From assembly GCA_963790475.1 (NCBI GenBank), contig CAWBOS010000006.1, positions 672,001-736,000 of the forward strand: a stretch of DNA of 64,000 nucleotides, read 5' to 3'. The notes beneath the pieces are model-generated. The model did no database searches and had not been told where the DNA came from. It saw only the letters and a program-made list of their open reading frames with translations. This stretch comes from an uncultured delta proteobacterium. GTDB lineage: Bacteria; Desulfobacterota; RBG-13-43-22. A program made the translations under genes and the position numbers. This document shows positions 7,989-17,366 of this stretch, one piece after another. Position 1 is the stretch's first letter. Every line of letters begins with the position of its first letter.

Positions 7989-10517
7989 CTAATTCAAACG
8001 ATACCCTTTTTCCCTGAAAAGCATCAGGCAGGCATCCACAACGTCGGGATCATAGAGGATGCCTTCATTTTTCGAGATTTCTTCCAAGGCCTTTTCAATC
8101 CCATAGGCCGGCCGATAGGGTCGGTGGGAGGCAATAGCCTCAACCACATCGGCTACCGCCAGAATGCGGGACTCCAAAAGAATCTCTTCTCCCTTAAGAC
8201 CTCGGGGATATCCGGATCCATTCATCCTTTCATGATGCTCCCAGACCATTCTGGATATAGGCCAGACGAATTGAATATCTTTTAGGATGTCATATCCTTT
8301 CTGAGGATGAGCCTTAATTAGACCGAATTCGATGTCTGACAATTTTGTGTGCTTGCTCAAGATCTCTGCCGGAACCGAAATCTTGCCCAGATCATGGATC
8401 ACCGCGGCTAACCTGATACCATCAACCTGCTCTGCCGGGAGGCCCATCTCCTGGGCAATGGCCCGGGCCAGCTCAGACACGCGCTGTTGATGTCCGGAAG
8501 TAGAAGGATCTCGGGCCTCTACGGTCGCTGCCGTAACCTTTATAACCTCCTCCATGGCCTTTCGGAGATTGGTCATGGTTTGGTGAAGCTCTTCTTCAGT
8601 CCTCTTACGCATGATAATACCCGCCAAAGTATTGGCATATGCTATTAAAAACTCCTCTACGTAGAATTGAGCGGCATAGCCTTCTTTTATATATAAATTT
8701 AATACTCCGAGGACTTGTTTTAAATATAGAATAGGAACACAGTAATGACCGTGAGGTCTCATTCCCTTATAAGAAATATCATGGCGATCATCGATGCAAT
8801 TTGCATATTCTATCTTCCCATTCTTGGCCGCCCTCCCGCAAAGACATTTCCCAAAAGGGACCTGTGCACATGCAGTCCATAGGGGTTCGGCTAATCCTTG
8901 TTGGGATTTCAGGACCAAGATTTCAGGTGCTTTCTCAATAATAAAAATGCAACCCTTTGCTTCAAGAGCCAGCCAGGGGAGGGAAAGGATCAATTGAAGG
9001 GAACGCTCCAGGGTTTCTTGAAGGGAAATATCTTGTAAAGAAAAGCTCAGTAGGGAGTTGATCACTCCTTGTATATCATGATTTCGCTTAAGCTCTTCTT
9101 CCGCCTGTTTGCGTTGGCTAATGTCTCGAATAAGGCCGGTGAAAAATATTTCATTTCCGGCTGTCCATTGGGCCAAAGAAAGTTCCATAGAAAATTCTGC
9201 CCCATCTTTTTTTAATCCAAACAGTTCAGAGGTCTTTCCAATTAAACGACCCTCTCCACCGGATTGGATTTGTTCCATTCCCTTTAGGTAGGCTTCCCGG
9301 TACCGTTCCGGCATGAGTATAGCCAGGGACCGCCCCAGAACCTCCTCCTCTTGATAGGCAAACATATTGGCCGCCGCAGGGTTCCAGAAATTAATCTTTC
9401 CCGAGGAGTCACTGGAGATCATGGCGTCGTTCACCGATTGGGCCACGGAATAAAACTTGGCTTCCGACTCCATGCGTGTGCGGGCTTTTTCCAGATCAAT
9501 AATTTTCTGTTGGGCCGTGGTCAACTGATTTTCAAACCGCACCAGGAAATAACGGAATAAAAAAAAGAGCACTCCTCCCAGGGAAACGGTGAAAATGGCT
9601 ATAACCCGCATAGTGGAATAAAGATTGGTGGCTTGGCTGGTTACATCGATCAGGACAATCATATCGCCCACTTCCACACCTTGAACATCTTGAATAGCCA
9701 AAAATCGATACCGATATCGCCGATTTTGTGAGAGTATTTCTTCATCAAGGGCCCCAGGATGATGAGATCCTTCATGAAAAAATTTGGTCAGGATCTCCGG
9801 GTTTACCGGTAAAGTCTGTTCCAGTAAGACGACATCCGGAAACCGGTCCCAGTCATAGGTCCGGCCCATCATTTTCATTCCCGCCTCCCAACCTGGACGA
9901 TCAAGAAATTTTTTGTGGAGATGGACTATGAGGTCTACTCCAACAGTTTTTTTCAATTTGGCGATAATGTGGTAGAGATCCTCACCCAGTTCTACAAAAC
10001 CAATCCTTTTGCCATTTATGATCATCGGGGCCACGACCCTCAAGGTCAAGGTCCCCATGGGACCCAACTCCAGTCCGTAAGCGATCTTTCCGGTCTTTTC
10101 TGCTGTTAAGGTAGTAAGGCGGTCGATTCGATCCCCGTATTGGTCGGGTTGATGGACCCGGAGAAGGTTGATCCGCTGGGCATTACTGAAATACAAATGA
10201 GTTACAGGGTATTGGAAAGATATTTTTTTGAATAAGGGAGCGGTATGGGAAAGCAAGGCCTTGCGATCTTCGGCCTTTAAGGCCGTTTGAATGGCCCGGT
10301 CATTCATAATCGTTTCCAGCATGCCGCTGAAAAGGTGGGCGTCATTCTCCAATTGGGAATAGAAAAAGTGCTCGGTCGAATTAAACTGGCGATCAACCCT
10401 TTGTTTGATATTATTTCGCTCGATCCAATAGAGACTGGCCAAAAAAACGATCAGGAGAAAGAATAATCCAAGGGTTAAGGGTATAAGAATCCGATCTTTT
10501 AGGGAGGTTTTCATCAT
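7989..10517 (-). CDS. membrane HD-GYP c-di-GMP phosphodiesterase (Cache-like sensor, PAS, GAF, HD-GYP)
   Basis: Two TM segments, PAS, GAF (CLCGRAA), HDLGKI...HHERMNGSGYP; probable start MMKTSL at 10517. Confidence 0.9.
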   Translation of the reverse strand: MMKTSLKDRILIPLTLGLFFLLIVFLASLYWIERNNIKQRVDRQFNSTEHFFYSQLENDAHLFSGMLETIMNDRAIQTALKAEDRKALLSHTAPLFKKISFQYPVTHLYFSNAQRINLLRVHQPDQYGDRIDRLTTLTAEKTGKIAYGLELGPMGTLTLRVVAPMIINGKRIGFVELGEDLYHIIAKLKKTVGVDLIVHLHKKFLDRPGWEAGMKMMGRTYDWDRFPDVVLLEQTLPVNPEILTKFFHEGSHHPGALDEEILSQNRRYRYRFLAIQDVQGVEVGDMIVLIDVTSQATNLYSTMRVIAIFTVSLGGVLFFLFRYFLVRFENQLTTAQQKIIDLEKARTRMESEAKFYSVAQSVNDAMISSDSSGKINFWNPAAANMFAYQEEEVLGRSLAILMPERYREAYLKGMEQIQSGGEGRLIGKTSELFGLKKDGAEFSMELSLAQWTAGNEIFFTGLIRDISQRKQAEEELKRNHDIQGVINSLLSFSLQDISLQETLERSLQLILSLPWLALEAKGCIFIIEKAPEILVLKSQQGLAEPLWTACAQVPFGKCLCGRAAKNGKIEYANCIDDRHDISYKGMRPHGHYCVPILYLKQVLGVLNLYIKEGYAAQFYVEEFLIAYANTLAGIIMRKRTEEELHQTMTNLRKAMEEVIKVTAATVEARDPSTSGHQQRVSELARAIAQEMGLPAEQVDGIRLAAVIHDLGKISVPAEILSKHTKLSDIEFGLIKAHPQKGYDILKDIQFVWPISRMVWEHHERMNGSGYPRGLKGEEILLESRILAVADVVEAIASHRPYRPAYGIEKALEEISKNEGILYDPDVVDACLMLFREKGYRLN

Positions 10518-10856
10518 CACCCTGACTTTTATTCGAAAATGAGGTCTATTTTTTATCCGCCGTATATTCTTAAGGGATTTTGAAGTGTAAATCAATTTTA
10601 TTAATTCTTAGGGTCTATTTTATTCCATAAAATATTAAGCACCTTCTGTTGATTAATGGTAGAACTCTTCAAGACCTGCCCCCCGATCTCCACATCCTCA
10701 TATTCAGTGAGAACCCCATCCCCGTTGGCATCCATAAAATCTATTTCTACACAAAAGGATTAGGGTATTTTTTAGAGAATTCTTGACAAATTAGCCGGTT
10801 ATGTTATTCTAATTTGTAATATTTTTTGTCTTACACCCATTCATCCACGAGATCTT

Positions 10857-10899
10857 AAGGAGATTCATGGCCCGGTTCCATATCTCAAAAGATCCACCC
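10857..10899 (+). repeat. 43-bp direct repeat, copy 2
   Basis: One mismatch versus 5978-6020. Confidence 0.9.
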
Positions 10900-10916
10900 G
10901 ATAAAACACCCATTGC

Positions 10917-11075
10917 TTTACCGACGATGCTCGAAAATATGTTTCTCAAATTGGGAGCAAAATCGTCTTAATTGATGGGGAGCAGCTCACCAGTTTTATG
11001 ATCGAGCATGACGTTGGAGTTTCTACTGTATCCATGTATCCTGTGAAGAAAATTGATATTGACTATTTTGATTAA
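10917..11075 (+). pseudogene. mrr: C-terminal remnant of an Mrr-type restriction endonuclease
   Basis: Translates FTDDARKYVSQIGSKIVLIDGEQLTSFMIEHDVGVS...KKIDIDYFD*, a typical Mrr C-terminus. Confidence 0.8.
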
Positions 11076-11122
11076 CTGAAAATTACACCTGATCGCAGAC
11101 AAAGCAGCCTCCCGAAGGGATA

Positions 11123-11179
11123 GGGCCAGACCTATTTTTTAGCATTTTGATTCAGTGACAAGGAAATAGACCTGACCCC
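11123..11179. repeat. REP-like palindromic unit (GGGTCAGGTCTATTTT...AAATAGACCTGACCCC family), copy 1
   Basis: Related copies at 11318-11372 and, inverted, at 12417-12472. Confidence 0.75.
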
Positions 11180-11317
11180 GCAGGTTTTATTGGAAGATGT
11201 CATGTGCGATCCGGGCGCTGGAGTCGTGCCGCAAGACGGCTAAAGATCCCGGTCTTGCTCATTGGCGGGGAGTCCAGCCCGCAATCCTGGGAAGCGGCCG
11301 AGGATGCAAGAAGGGGC

Positions 11318-11410
11318 GGGGTCAAGTCTATTTTTATGGCATTTTGCTTAAAAAATGACAAATAGAGAGCCCTTATTTTGCCCCTGCAGAGAAAATAGGG
11401 ACAGCTGTCC
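11318..11410. repeat. REP-like palindromic unit, copy 2, plus an AGGGACAGCTGTCCCT hairpin
   Basis: GGGGTCAAGTCTATTTTTATGGCATTTTGC...TGACAAATAG. Confidence 0.7.
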
Positions 11411-11468
11411 CTACTTAAAACGTAAAACTTTAGAGAAACTTGTTGGCCGGCACTATGGGAGAGAAAAT

Positions 11469-12353
11469 TTGAACCAAGGAACCTGGTATGCTGTGGGGGC
11501 TTATTTAATCTGGGGGTTGTTTCCGTTGTATTGGAAGGAAATCCAGCATGTCCCCGCGCTACAATTGCTTGGCCATCGCATTTTGTGGTCTTTTCTGATC
11601 CTGGTGGGTATCCTCCTATTTACACACCAGTGGAGGACCTTCCGCGCCACCGCTCTTCCGCGGTCAATTGTTCGCATTTACAGTGCCGCCGCATTGCTGA
11701 TCGGTTTTAATTGGCTCGTTTATGTTTGGGCGGTCAATGCCGGTTTCATCATTGAGGCCAGCCTGGGCTATTTCATCAACCCCCTTATCAGTATTCTTCT
11801 GGGGGTAATTTTCTTTCGCGAACGCCTTCGTCCCTGGCAATGGATCTCCATTGGATTGGCGACGATTGGCGTAATCTATTTAAACTTCACTTACGGCAGG
11901 TTGCCTTGGATCGCCCTGACCCTAGCTCTCTCTTTTGGTCTCTATGGCATGGTCAAAAAGGCCGCTCCCCTGGGTTCACTCTATGGCTTGACCTTGGAGA
12001 CTGGCCTCCTGTTTTTACCGGCTTTGCTCTACCTTGTATATTCCGACCAGGTCGGTCAAGGGGCTTTCCTGCATACGGGCGCCGGTTCAGATCTACTAAT
12101 GGTTGGAGCGGGATTGGTGACGACTGTTCCGCTCCTTATGTTTGCATCCGCTGTGCGGCGTATCCCGCTCTCCCTGGCAGGAATTCTCCAATACATCACC
12201 CCAACATTACAATTTCTTTGCGGTGTATTGATCTATAGAGAACCGTTCTCTTCTGCTCAACTCGTTGGCTTTGGGATTGTATGGGGGGCACTGATTATCT
12301 TTGTAACGGAAGGATTCCTTGCCATTCGCCGGTCACTGGTAAGGGATACCTAA
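11469..12353 (+). CDS. rarD: EamA-family transporter RarD
   Basis: AYLIWGLFPLYWK, EASLGYFINPL and QYITPTLQF motifs; probable TTG start at 11469. Confidence 0.9.
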   Translation: MNQGTWYAVGAYLIWGLFPLYWKEIQHVPALQLLGHRILWSFLILVGILLFTHQWRTFRATALPRSIVRIYSAAALLIGFNWLVYVWAVNAGFIIEASLGYFINPLISILLGVIFFRERLRPWQWISIGLATIGVIYLNFTYGRLPWIALTLALSFGLYGMVKKAAPLGSLYGLTLETGLLFLPALLYLVYSDQVGQGAFLHTGAGSDLLMVGAGLVTTVPLLMFASAVRRIPLSLAGILQYITPTLQFLCGVLIYREPFSSAQLVGFGIVWGALIIFVTEGFLAIRRSLVRDT

Positions 12354-12416
12354 CAACCATCTCAACACCAACTCGGAGCTTTGGAAAAATCCGGGGACAT
12401 CCATGCCTATTTTTTA

Positions 12417-12472
12417 GGGCCAGGTCTATTTTCTTGTCATTACAGCAAAATGCCAAGAAAATACTCCTGACC
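12417..12472. repeat. REP-like palindromic unit, copy 3 (inverted)
   Basis: GGGCCAGGTCTATTTTCTTGTCA...CAAAATGCC...CTGACC; preceded by GGGGACATCC. Confidence 0.75.
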
Positions 12473-12515
12473 AGGGTGGTGCGAGCACATTGATCGGAAC
12501 GATGAGAGCCCTGAG

Positions 12516-12884
12516 ATGCCCGACGTGAAATTTGTAGATCATGGTGGTAAAAAAGTCCTCCTAATGGATTTTTCAAATGCCAAAGACGGTCGAGAAATAG
12601 TTGAGACAGCCGAAGAAGCCATGCGACTTGTCCGGTTAATGAATCAGCAACGGTCCATTCGAGGATTGCTTGATCTTTCCGGTACATCCTTTAATAAAGT
12701 GGTGAGAGAAACCATGATGAAAATGTCTAAGAACAATGGACCCTATATGAAATCCGTTGCTTTTGTTGGGCTTGGTGTCCTTTTGTCTCCCTTGTTTAGG
12801 GGATTGTTGTTTATGACCGGAAGATCAAATCACAAGGTGTTCAACACAAGAGGCGACGCCCTCGACTGGCTGGTCAAGAATTAG
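12516..12884 (+). CDS. small STAS/SEC14-like (SpoIIAA-like) hypothetical protein
   Basis: 122 aa, GKKVLLMDFS...LLDLSG...SVAFVG...KVFNTRGDALDWLV pattern. Confidence 0.65.
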   Translation: MPDVKFVDHGGKKVLLMDFSNAKDGREIVETAEEAMRLVRLMNQQRSIRGLLDLSGTSFNKVVRETMMKMSKNNGPYMKSVAFVGLGVLLSPLFRGLLFMTGRSNHKVFNTRGDALDWLVKN

Positions 12885-12924
12885 ATAGATTAAAGGGAAC
12901 GGTTCTCTTTAAGGCGAAATAATC

Positions 12925-12979
12925 TGTGAAAGTCAGGATTTGACTATAGGGACATTGTCAAATTTAATGGTGACTTCCT
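12925..12979 (+). repeat. 55-bp direct repeat, copy 1
   Basis: TGTGAAAGTCAGGATTTGACTATAGGGACATTGTCAAATTTAATGGTGACTTCCT; 52/55 identical to 21318-21372. Confidence 0.9.
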
Positions 12980-13200
12980 TCCTGAAATCTTCGCTTCTCA
13001 AAGTTTCAAATTTGTTATATATTACAAACCGAAATTGAGGTTGATCAGCCTTCTGGACTCTTACAAACTTTCTTATTTATGCAGGGCTTTTATTCTATTC
13101 TGGGCTCTGATCTCATCCTGCCACCCGGTGTTTGAGCACTATTTGTTATTCTTGTCCTCCAAATGGCAGGGAGAGACTATGAGTATAAAGGAGGTTTGAA

Positions 13201-14829
13201 ATGGGAACTTTGATCTTAAGCCATGGGAAAATAATTGATGGTCTCGGAAATAGGCCATTCGTTGGCCATGTCCTAATCAAAGGCGACCAGATCGGGGCTG
13301 TCTTGAAAGAAAACGAAGCGCTCCCTCCTTCGGATACGATCATTGATGCCAGTAACTATGCCATTGCCCCAGGCTTTATCGATATGCACTCTCATGCGGA
13401 TTGGGTGCTTCCATCTACTAATCATCCAAAACTTCTAAAGTGCCTACTTGAACAAGGTATAACAACGATAGTAGCTGGCAATTGCGGCATATCTCCAGCA
13501 CCACTCAACCATGAGAGATTACAATCTCTCATGTGGCACAACGTTGCCAACTTGTGCATTGATGAACCTCTCAATTATACATGGTATTCTATGGATGAAT
13601 TCCTTGATAAGACTGAACAACTCCAGCCGGTGGTTAATCTGGCCCAATTAGTGGGTCACGGGGCTATCAAAAGCTCGGTAGCTAATACCCCCAATGCGCC
13701 GATGAATTCAGAAGAAATGAAGATTTGTCTAAATGAACTACGTAATGCCCTCGATCAGGGGGCATGTGGACTGAGTTTTGGTCTTGGTTATTCTCCCGGC
13801 ATGTATTCACCGATCGAAGAAATCGAGGCTTTCTGCCGCGTTGCAAAAGCCAGCGAAAAACCGGTGGCGGTACATTTGAAGTCTTATACAAAAATATCCG
13901 CTTTATATCCTGCGACCATTTTTTCCAAGTCACATAATCTAAAGGCACTCAAAGAAATGTTGGATATTGCCCGTCAAACAGGAGTGAAGCTACAGGTCTC
14001 CCATGCCATGTTCGGTGGACGCAAGGCTTGGCCAACTGCAGAAGACTGGATAAGGATGATCGATGACGCCCACGATGAAGGGATAGATGTCATGTTTGAC
14101 GCTTATCCATACACATACGGTAATACATCTATAGATGTTTTGCTGCTCCCAAGATTTATTGAAGCAATGCCGGCGAGTTTCAGAAGCCGATGGGCTCGCA
14201 TGAAACATCATTATCTGGAAGAGATAGCTTTTAGAATGCACGGTATGTCCTATAAAGACTTACAACTGATGGATGCTGCCATCGAAGGATGGGAAGATCT
14301 AAGCGGACTGACAATCTCTGACATAGCACGGAAGAGAAATATATCTCCATTTAACATCGTGCTCACGTTGAGTGAGGCCAGCAAGGGTGCTGCCCTGATC
14401 CTTTATCATGCACTCAATTCCGATCAGATAATTGAGCATGTCCTGCCTCATGATCTATGCCTTTTCGAAACGGATGCGGCGATAAAAAGCAGAGGTTATC
14501 CTAACCCGGCAGCCTTGGGGACATTCCCCAAGATACTTGGCCAATATGTACGCGAAAAGAAGCTCTTAAGTATTGAAAAGGCTATCCAGCGGATGACATC
14601 TGCCAGCGCACAGCGCTTTGGAATTAAAGATAGAGGCGTTTTGGCGCCGGGTAAAGCTGCCGACATCGTGATATTCAATCCTGAGACTGTGTCTGAGACA
14701 CCTCCGCTGAATGACAAGCCTGCTGGCAAGCCAAATGGCATTCTACATGTGTTTGTGAATGGCATCCAAGTCGTCAAGGATGGTAATTACATAGATTCGG
14801 CCAGGGCAGGGCGGGTCCTTAGACTATGA
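13201..14829 (+). CDS. N-acyl-D-amino-acid deacylase (amidohydrolase family)
   Basis: APGFIDMHSHAD, GITTIVAGNCG, FDAYPY and GKAADIVIF motifs; AGGAGG RBS. Confidence 0.9.
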   Translation: MGTLILSHGKIIDGLGNRPFVGHVLIKGDQIGAVLKENEALPPSDTIIDASNYAIAPGFIDMHSHADWVLPSTNHPKLLKCLLEQGITTIVAGNCGISPAPLNHERLQSLMWHNVANLCIDEPLNYTWYSMDEFLDKTEQLQPVVNLAQLVGHGAIKSSVANTPNAPMNSEEMKICLNELRNALDQGACGLSFGLGYSPGMYSPIEEIEAFCRVAKASEKPVAVHLKSYTKISALYPATIFSKSHNLKALKEMLDIARQTGVKLQVSHAMFGGRKAWPTAEDWIRMIDDAHDEGIDVMFDAYPYTYGNTSIDVLLLPRFIEAMPASFRSRWARMKHHYLEEIAFRMHGMSYKDLQLMDAAIEGWEDLSGLTISDIARKRNISPFNIVLTLSEASKGAALILYHALNSDQIIEHVLPHDLCLFETDAAIKSRGYPNPAALGTFPKILGQYVREKKLLSIEKAIQRMTSASAQRFGIKDRGVLAPGKAADIVIFNPETVSETPPLNDKPAGKPNGILHVFVNGIQVVKDGNYIDSARAGRVLRL

Positions 14830-14988
14830 AATCTTTCCATTATAGAGAGGACAAATAATCAGGGCCGCCCCCTTTAATTCTTTCTTTTTTTACCGTGCGT
14901 TATTGAGGTTCTCCCCGTGCGCATCGTCTGTTCCCTACCATTGATTTTACTCCTGGTGCTTGTCAAAACAGGGTCGGGCCTAATGCCG

Positions 14989-16348
14989 TTAACTTAAGAG
15001 AAAAACTCTGTCTTTACTATCCTTTATGGTTTCGGATTTAATAACAATATCCGGATTTGAGGTATACATACGTGCAGGATTACGTCTTCGTCCTGGACGG
15101 CGTTTCTCGACGACGCCACGGCTTTTTTTTCGATATATCTGTCGGTCACGGGGAAAGTGCCGGTTAGGTTTGCATTGGACACGATGACGAGAGCAACATA
15201 GCACAAAGGCTGCGTAGAGGGAAGACCAGAGTGAAACCTCGGGCGTAGACAATAAAAGTTTTAAAAATAAACGGGTCTCCGTGAGCGCACGGGAAAAGCT
15301 AAGTTGAGCGACGGAGAGGTTGGCCAAACAACTGGCTTCGAGCATGGCCAGGCGGATGAGGCACAGGGCAATCATGTGCACCAGGAGTTCCTGATGAAAA
15401 GAGGTGGGAGATTTACAATGCCAGGAAGTGGCTTTCAGAGTGTGTTTAAAATCGCGATAGAAGGTCTCGATGTCCCAACGCAGGTGGTAGAGGTTGGCCA
15501 GTTCTGAAACGGGGAAAAGGAAGGGGTCTAGAAGAGAGGTGAGCAGACGTCGCCGGCGAAAGCCGTTTCGATAAACAAAAACAACACGGACGGTAAGAGT
15601 AGTATTAGCGGTGGAGTCGGTGATCTGGCAAAGATAATCTCCTGGGCCAAGGGCTTGGATTACTTGGGGACGGTTAGTCGTCTTAGTGGGCATGATGAAG
15701 TGGGCCTGCCGCGAGAGGATTTTGTTGAAGGTGGCGTGGTTGTAAAAGCCGGTGTCTAACAGAAGCAGATCCCCCTTTTTAAGGTATGGGATGAATTTGC
15801 GGATGAGCTTGTGCTCCGAGGTACAGATTTTGTCGAAGACGAATCGAAGGGGAGCACGACTGATCAGATCAAAGAGACAACAAAGTTCGACGGCAATCGG
15901 CCCCAATCCCTGCTGGCCTTTGTGGGCGCCGAAACATTGGTAAAGGGATTTTGATTCGGGTAAGGCGAGAGTGGTCTTGTCGCTGGCCAGCAGGCGCAAC
16001 CCATGCCAACGACGGTGTTGGTCCTTACCGGCATTTTGGAGACGGGAAACCAAAACGCCATAAACCCAAGATAGAGCCTCCAGGGGAAAAACGGGACCGG
16101 GCTTTGCAGAAAGCGGCTACGGAAATGGACCAGGGGATGCCGAGCTGTCCGGTAGCCAAGCGGAGGATCTCGTGAAGGCCGGATCGATGAGTATCCAAGG
16201 AGACGGCCAACATCAGCCAAAGCGTTTCTAATGTGGCCAACTTGCGATGACGGACCCATTCATTTTTCAAATACCGTCGGTCTTCCAGCCCGGACACCAG
16301 AGCTGGATCGAGCCATTGAGTAAGCAATCGCAGATCAGGTTTTGACAT
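14989..16348 (-). CDS. IS4-family transposase split over two frames (junction at T5C4, 16083-16091)
   Basis: N-part MSKPDL...SVAAFCKARSRF; C-part with LLASDKT, LLLLDTGF and LYHLRWDIETFYRDFK (YREK motif). Confidence 0.85.
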
Positions 16349-16700
16349 GGGTTTTCTCCTTTCCTTTGATGAGGGAAAATGTGGCTGGTGCGGTCTGTTT
16401 AAGCAAAATGCCCTGGCGAGCCTTTTTAGCCAAGGCACTGGACAAGGTGTCCCGGTCGGTGAGACGTCCGAAACGTTGCTGAAGAAATTGGACGAGCTCA
16501 TTGACATGTAAGGGTTTCCGATGTTCAGTAAGTAAATTAATGGACAAATCGACAAGAGACTGACGTCTTCTTCCCTTTCGAGGGGAAATGACCGGCTCAA
16601 TCTCAGTTTTTCCTTGAAGCTGACGAATGGCCCGTAACTGATAATCAAGCTGAAGTTCAATGACTTGAAGAAAGACTTCTTTAAGATCCTCTTTTTTCAT
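16335..16700 (-). CDS. IS passenger protein with winged-helix (HARE-HTH-like) domain
   Basis: GGAGG RBS; SLVDLSINLLTEHRKPLHVNELV...TLSSALAK...APATFSL; overlaps the transposase start by 14 nt. Confidence 0.7.
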   Translation of the reverse strand: MKKEDLKEVFLQVIELQLDYQLRAIRQLQGKTEIEPVISPRKGRRRQSLVDLSINLLTEHRKPLHVNELVQFLQQRFGRLTDRDTLSSALAKKARQGILLKQTAPATFSLIKGKEKTHVKT

Positions 16701-17009
16701 GGAAAGAACCTCCAAGGGATAAGGAATTGAAAGCAAGTAAGTTGTTTTACAGTATTACTAATTAATAAACTGACATTTGTCAAGAAATAAATCGGGGACT
16801 CCAGAGAAAACAAAAAGGATTGAGGGAAAAAGGGGAAGTGATGGGTAAGTCAGAAAATAATATAACTTATTGTAATTAAAGTGCTTATCCTTAAGTTAAT
16901 GGCATTGGGTCGGGCCACGGGAACCAATTGATCTGATATGAGATACTGTCAATTCTGACCCCTAAAATTGGCCTATATTACGTTTTTTAAGGCCCAAAAG
17001 GCCGTTATT

Positions 17010-17120
17010 GAAGGAAGAAATGTAAAAGATAATGGCGGAGAACATAGACTCAGGGAAGGGGCTGCTTCCTAATAAGATTCTTTTCGGGGCTAAAAAAGGC
17101 GATATAAGTCTTTAAAAACT
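17010..17120 (+). pseudogene. possible decayed C-terminus of a REP-associated (Y1/HUH) transposase
   Basis: EGRNVKDNGGEHRLREGAAS*/KILFGAKKGDISL resembles, from memory only, deltaproteobacterial RAYT-like C-termini; adjacent CTGACCCC and CGTGGCCC motifs. Confidence 0.35.
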
Positions 17121-17366
17121 GGTTTTCTGATGCATTAATTTTTAATTATCAATAAATTGTCGTGGCCCTCAAATGGATTTATCTTAACCTTCCCGTTGAC
17201 AAAAGAAGTCGCTGGAACTTATAGGGGTTATAAGGGAAAGGCGCATAAAAGAGGCCTCCCTCCGACAAGGTATTACAGACAAACTCCTTGGCCGTACTTC
17301 TAAAATGAGCTGAACTGGAATATTGGCCTTAGGAAAAAAATTTTTCATCGAGGAGGAGATAATTGC

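Larger units (their letters stand above)
14981..16907 (-). mobile_element. IS4-family element, 1927 bp, carrying a passenger gene
   Basis: TIRs TAATGCCGTTAACTTAAG / CTTAAGTTAATGGCATTG; 9-bp target duplication GGTCGGGCC (14972-14980 and 16908-16916). Confidence 0.9.

Noticed and set aside
16025-16660. 211-aa ORF as listed in the track
   Set aside because: Only the part from the ATG at 16348 is the transposase N-terminus; the upstream part is an alternative frame of the passenger gene
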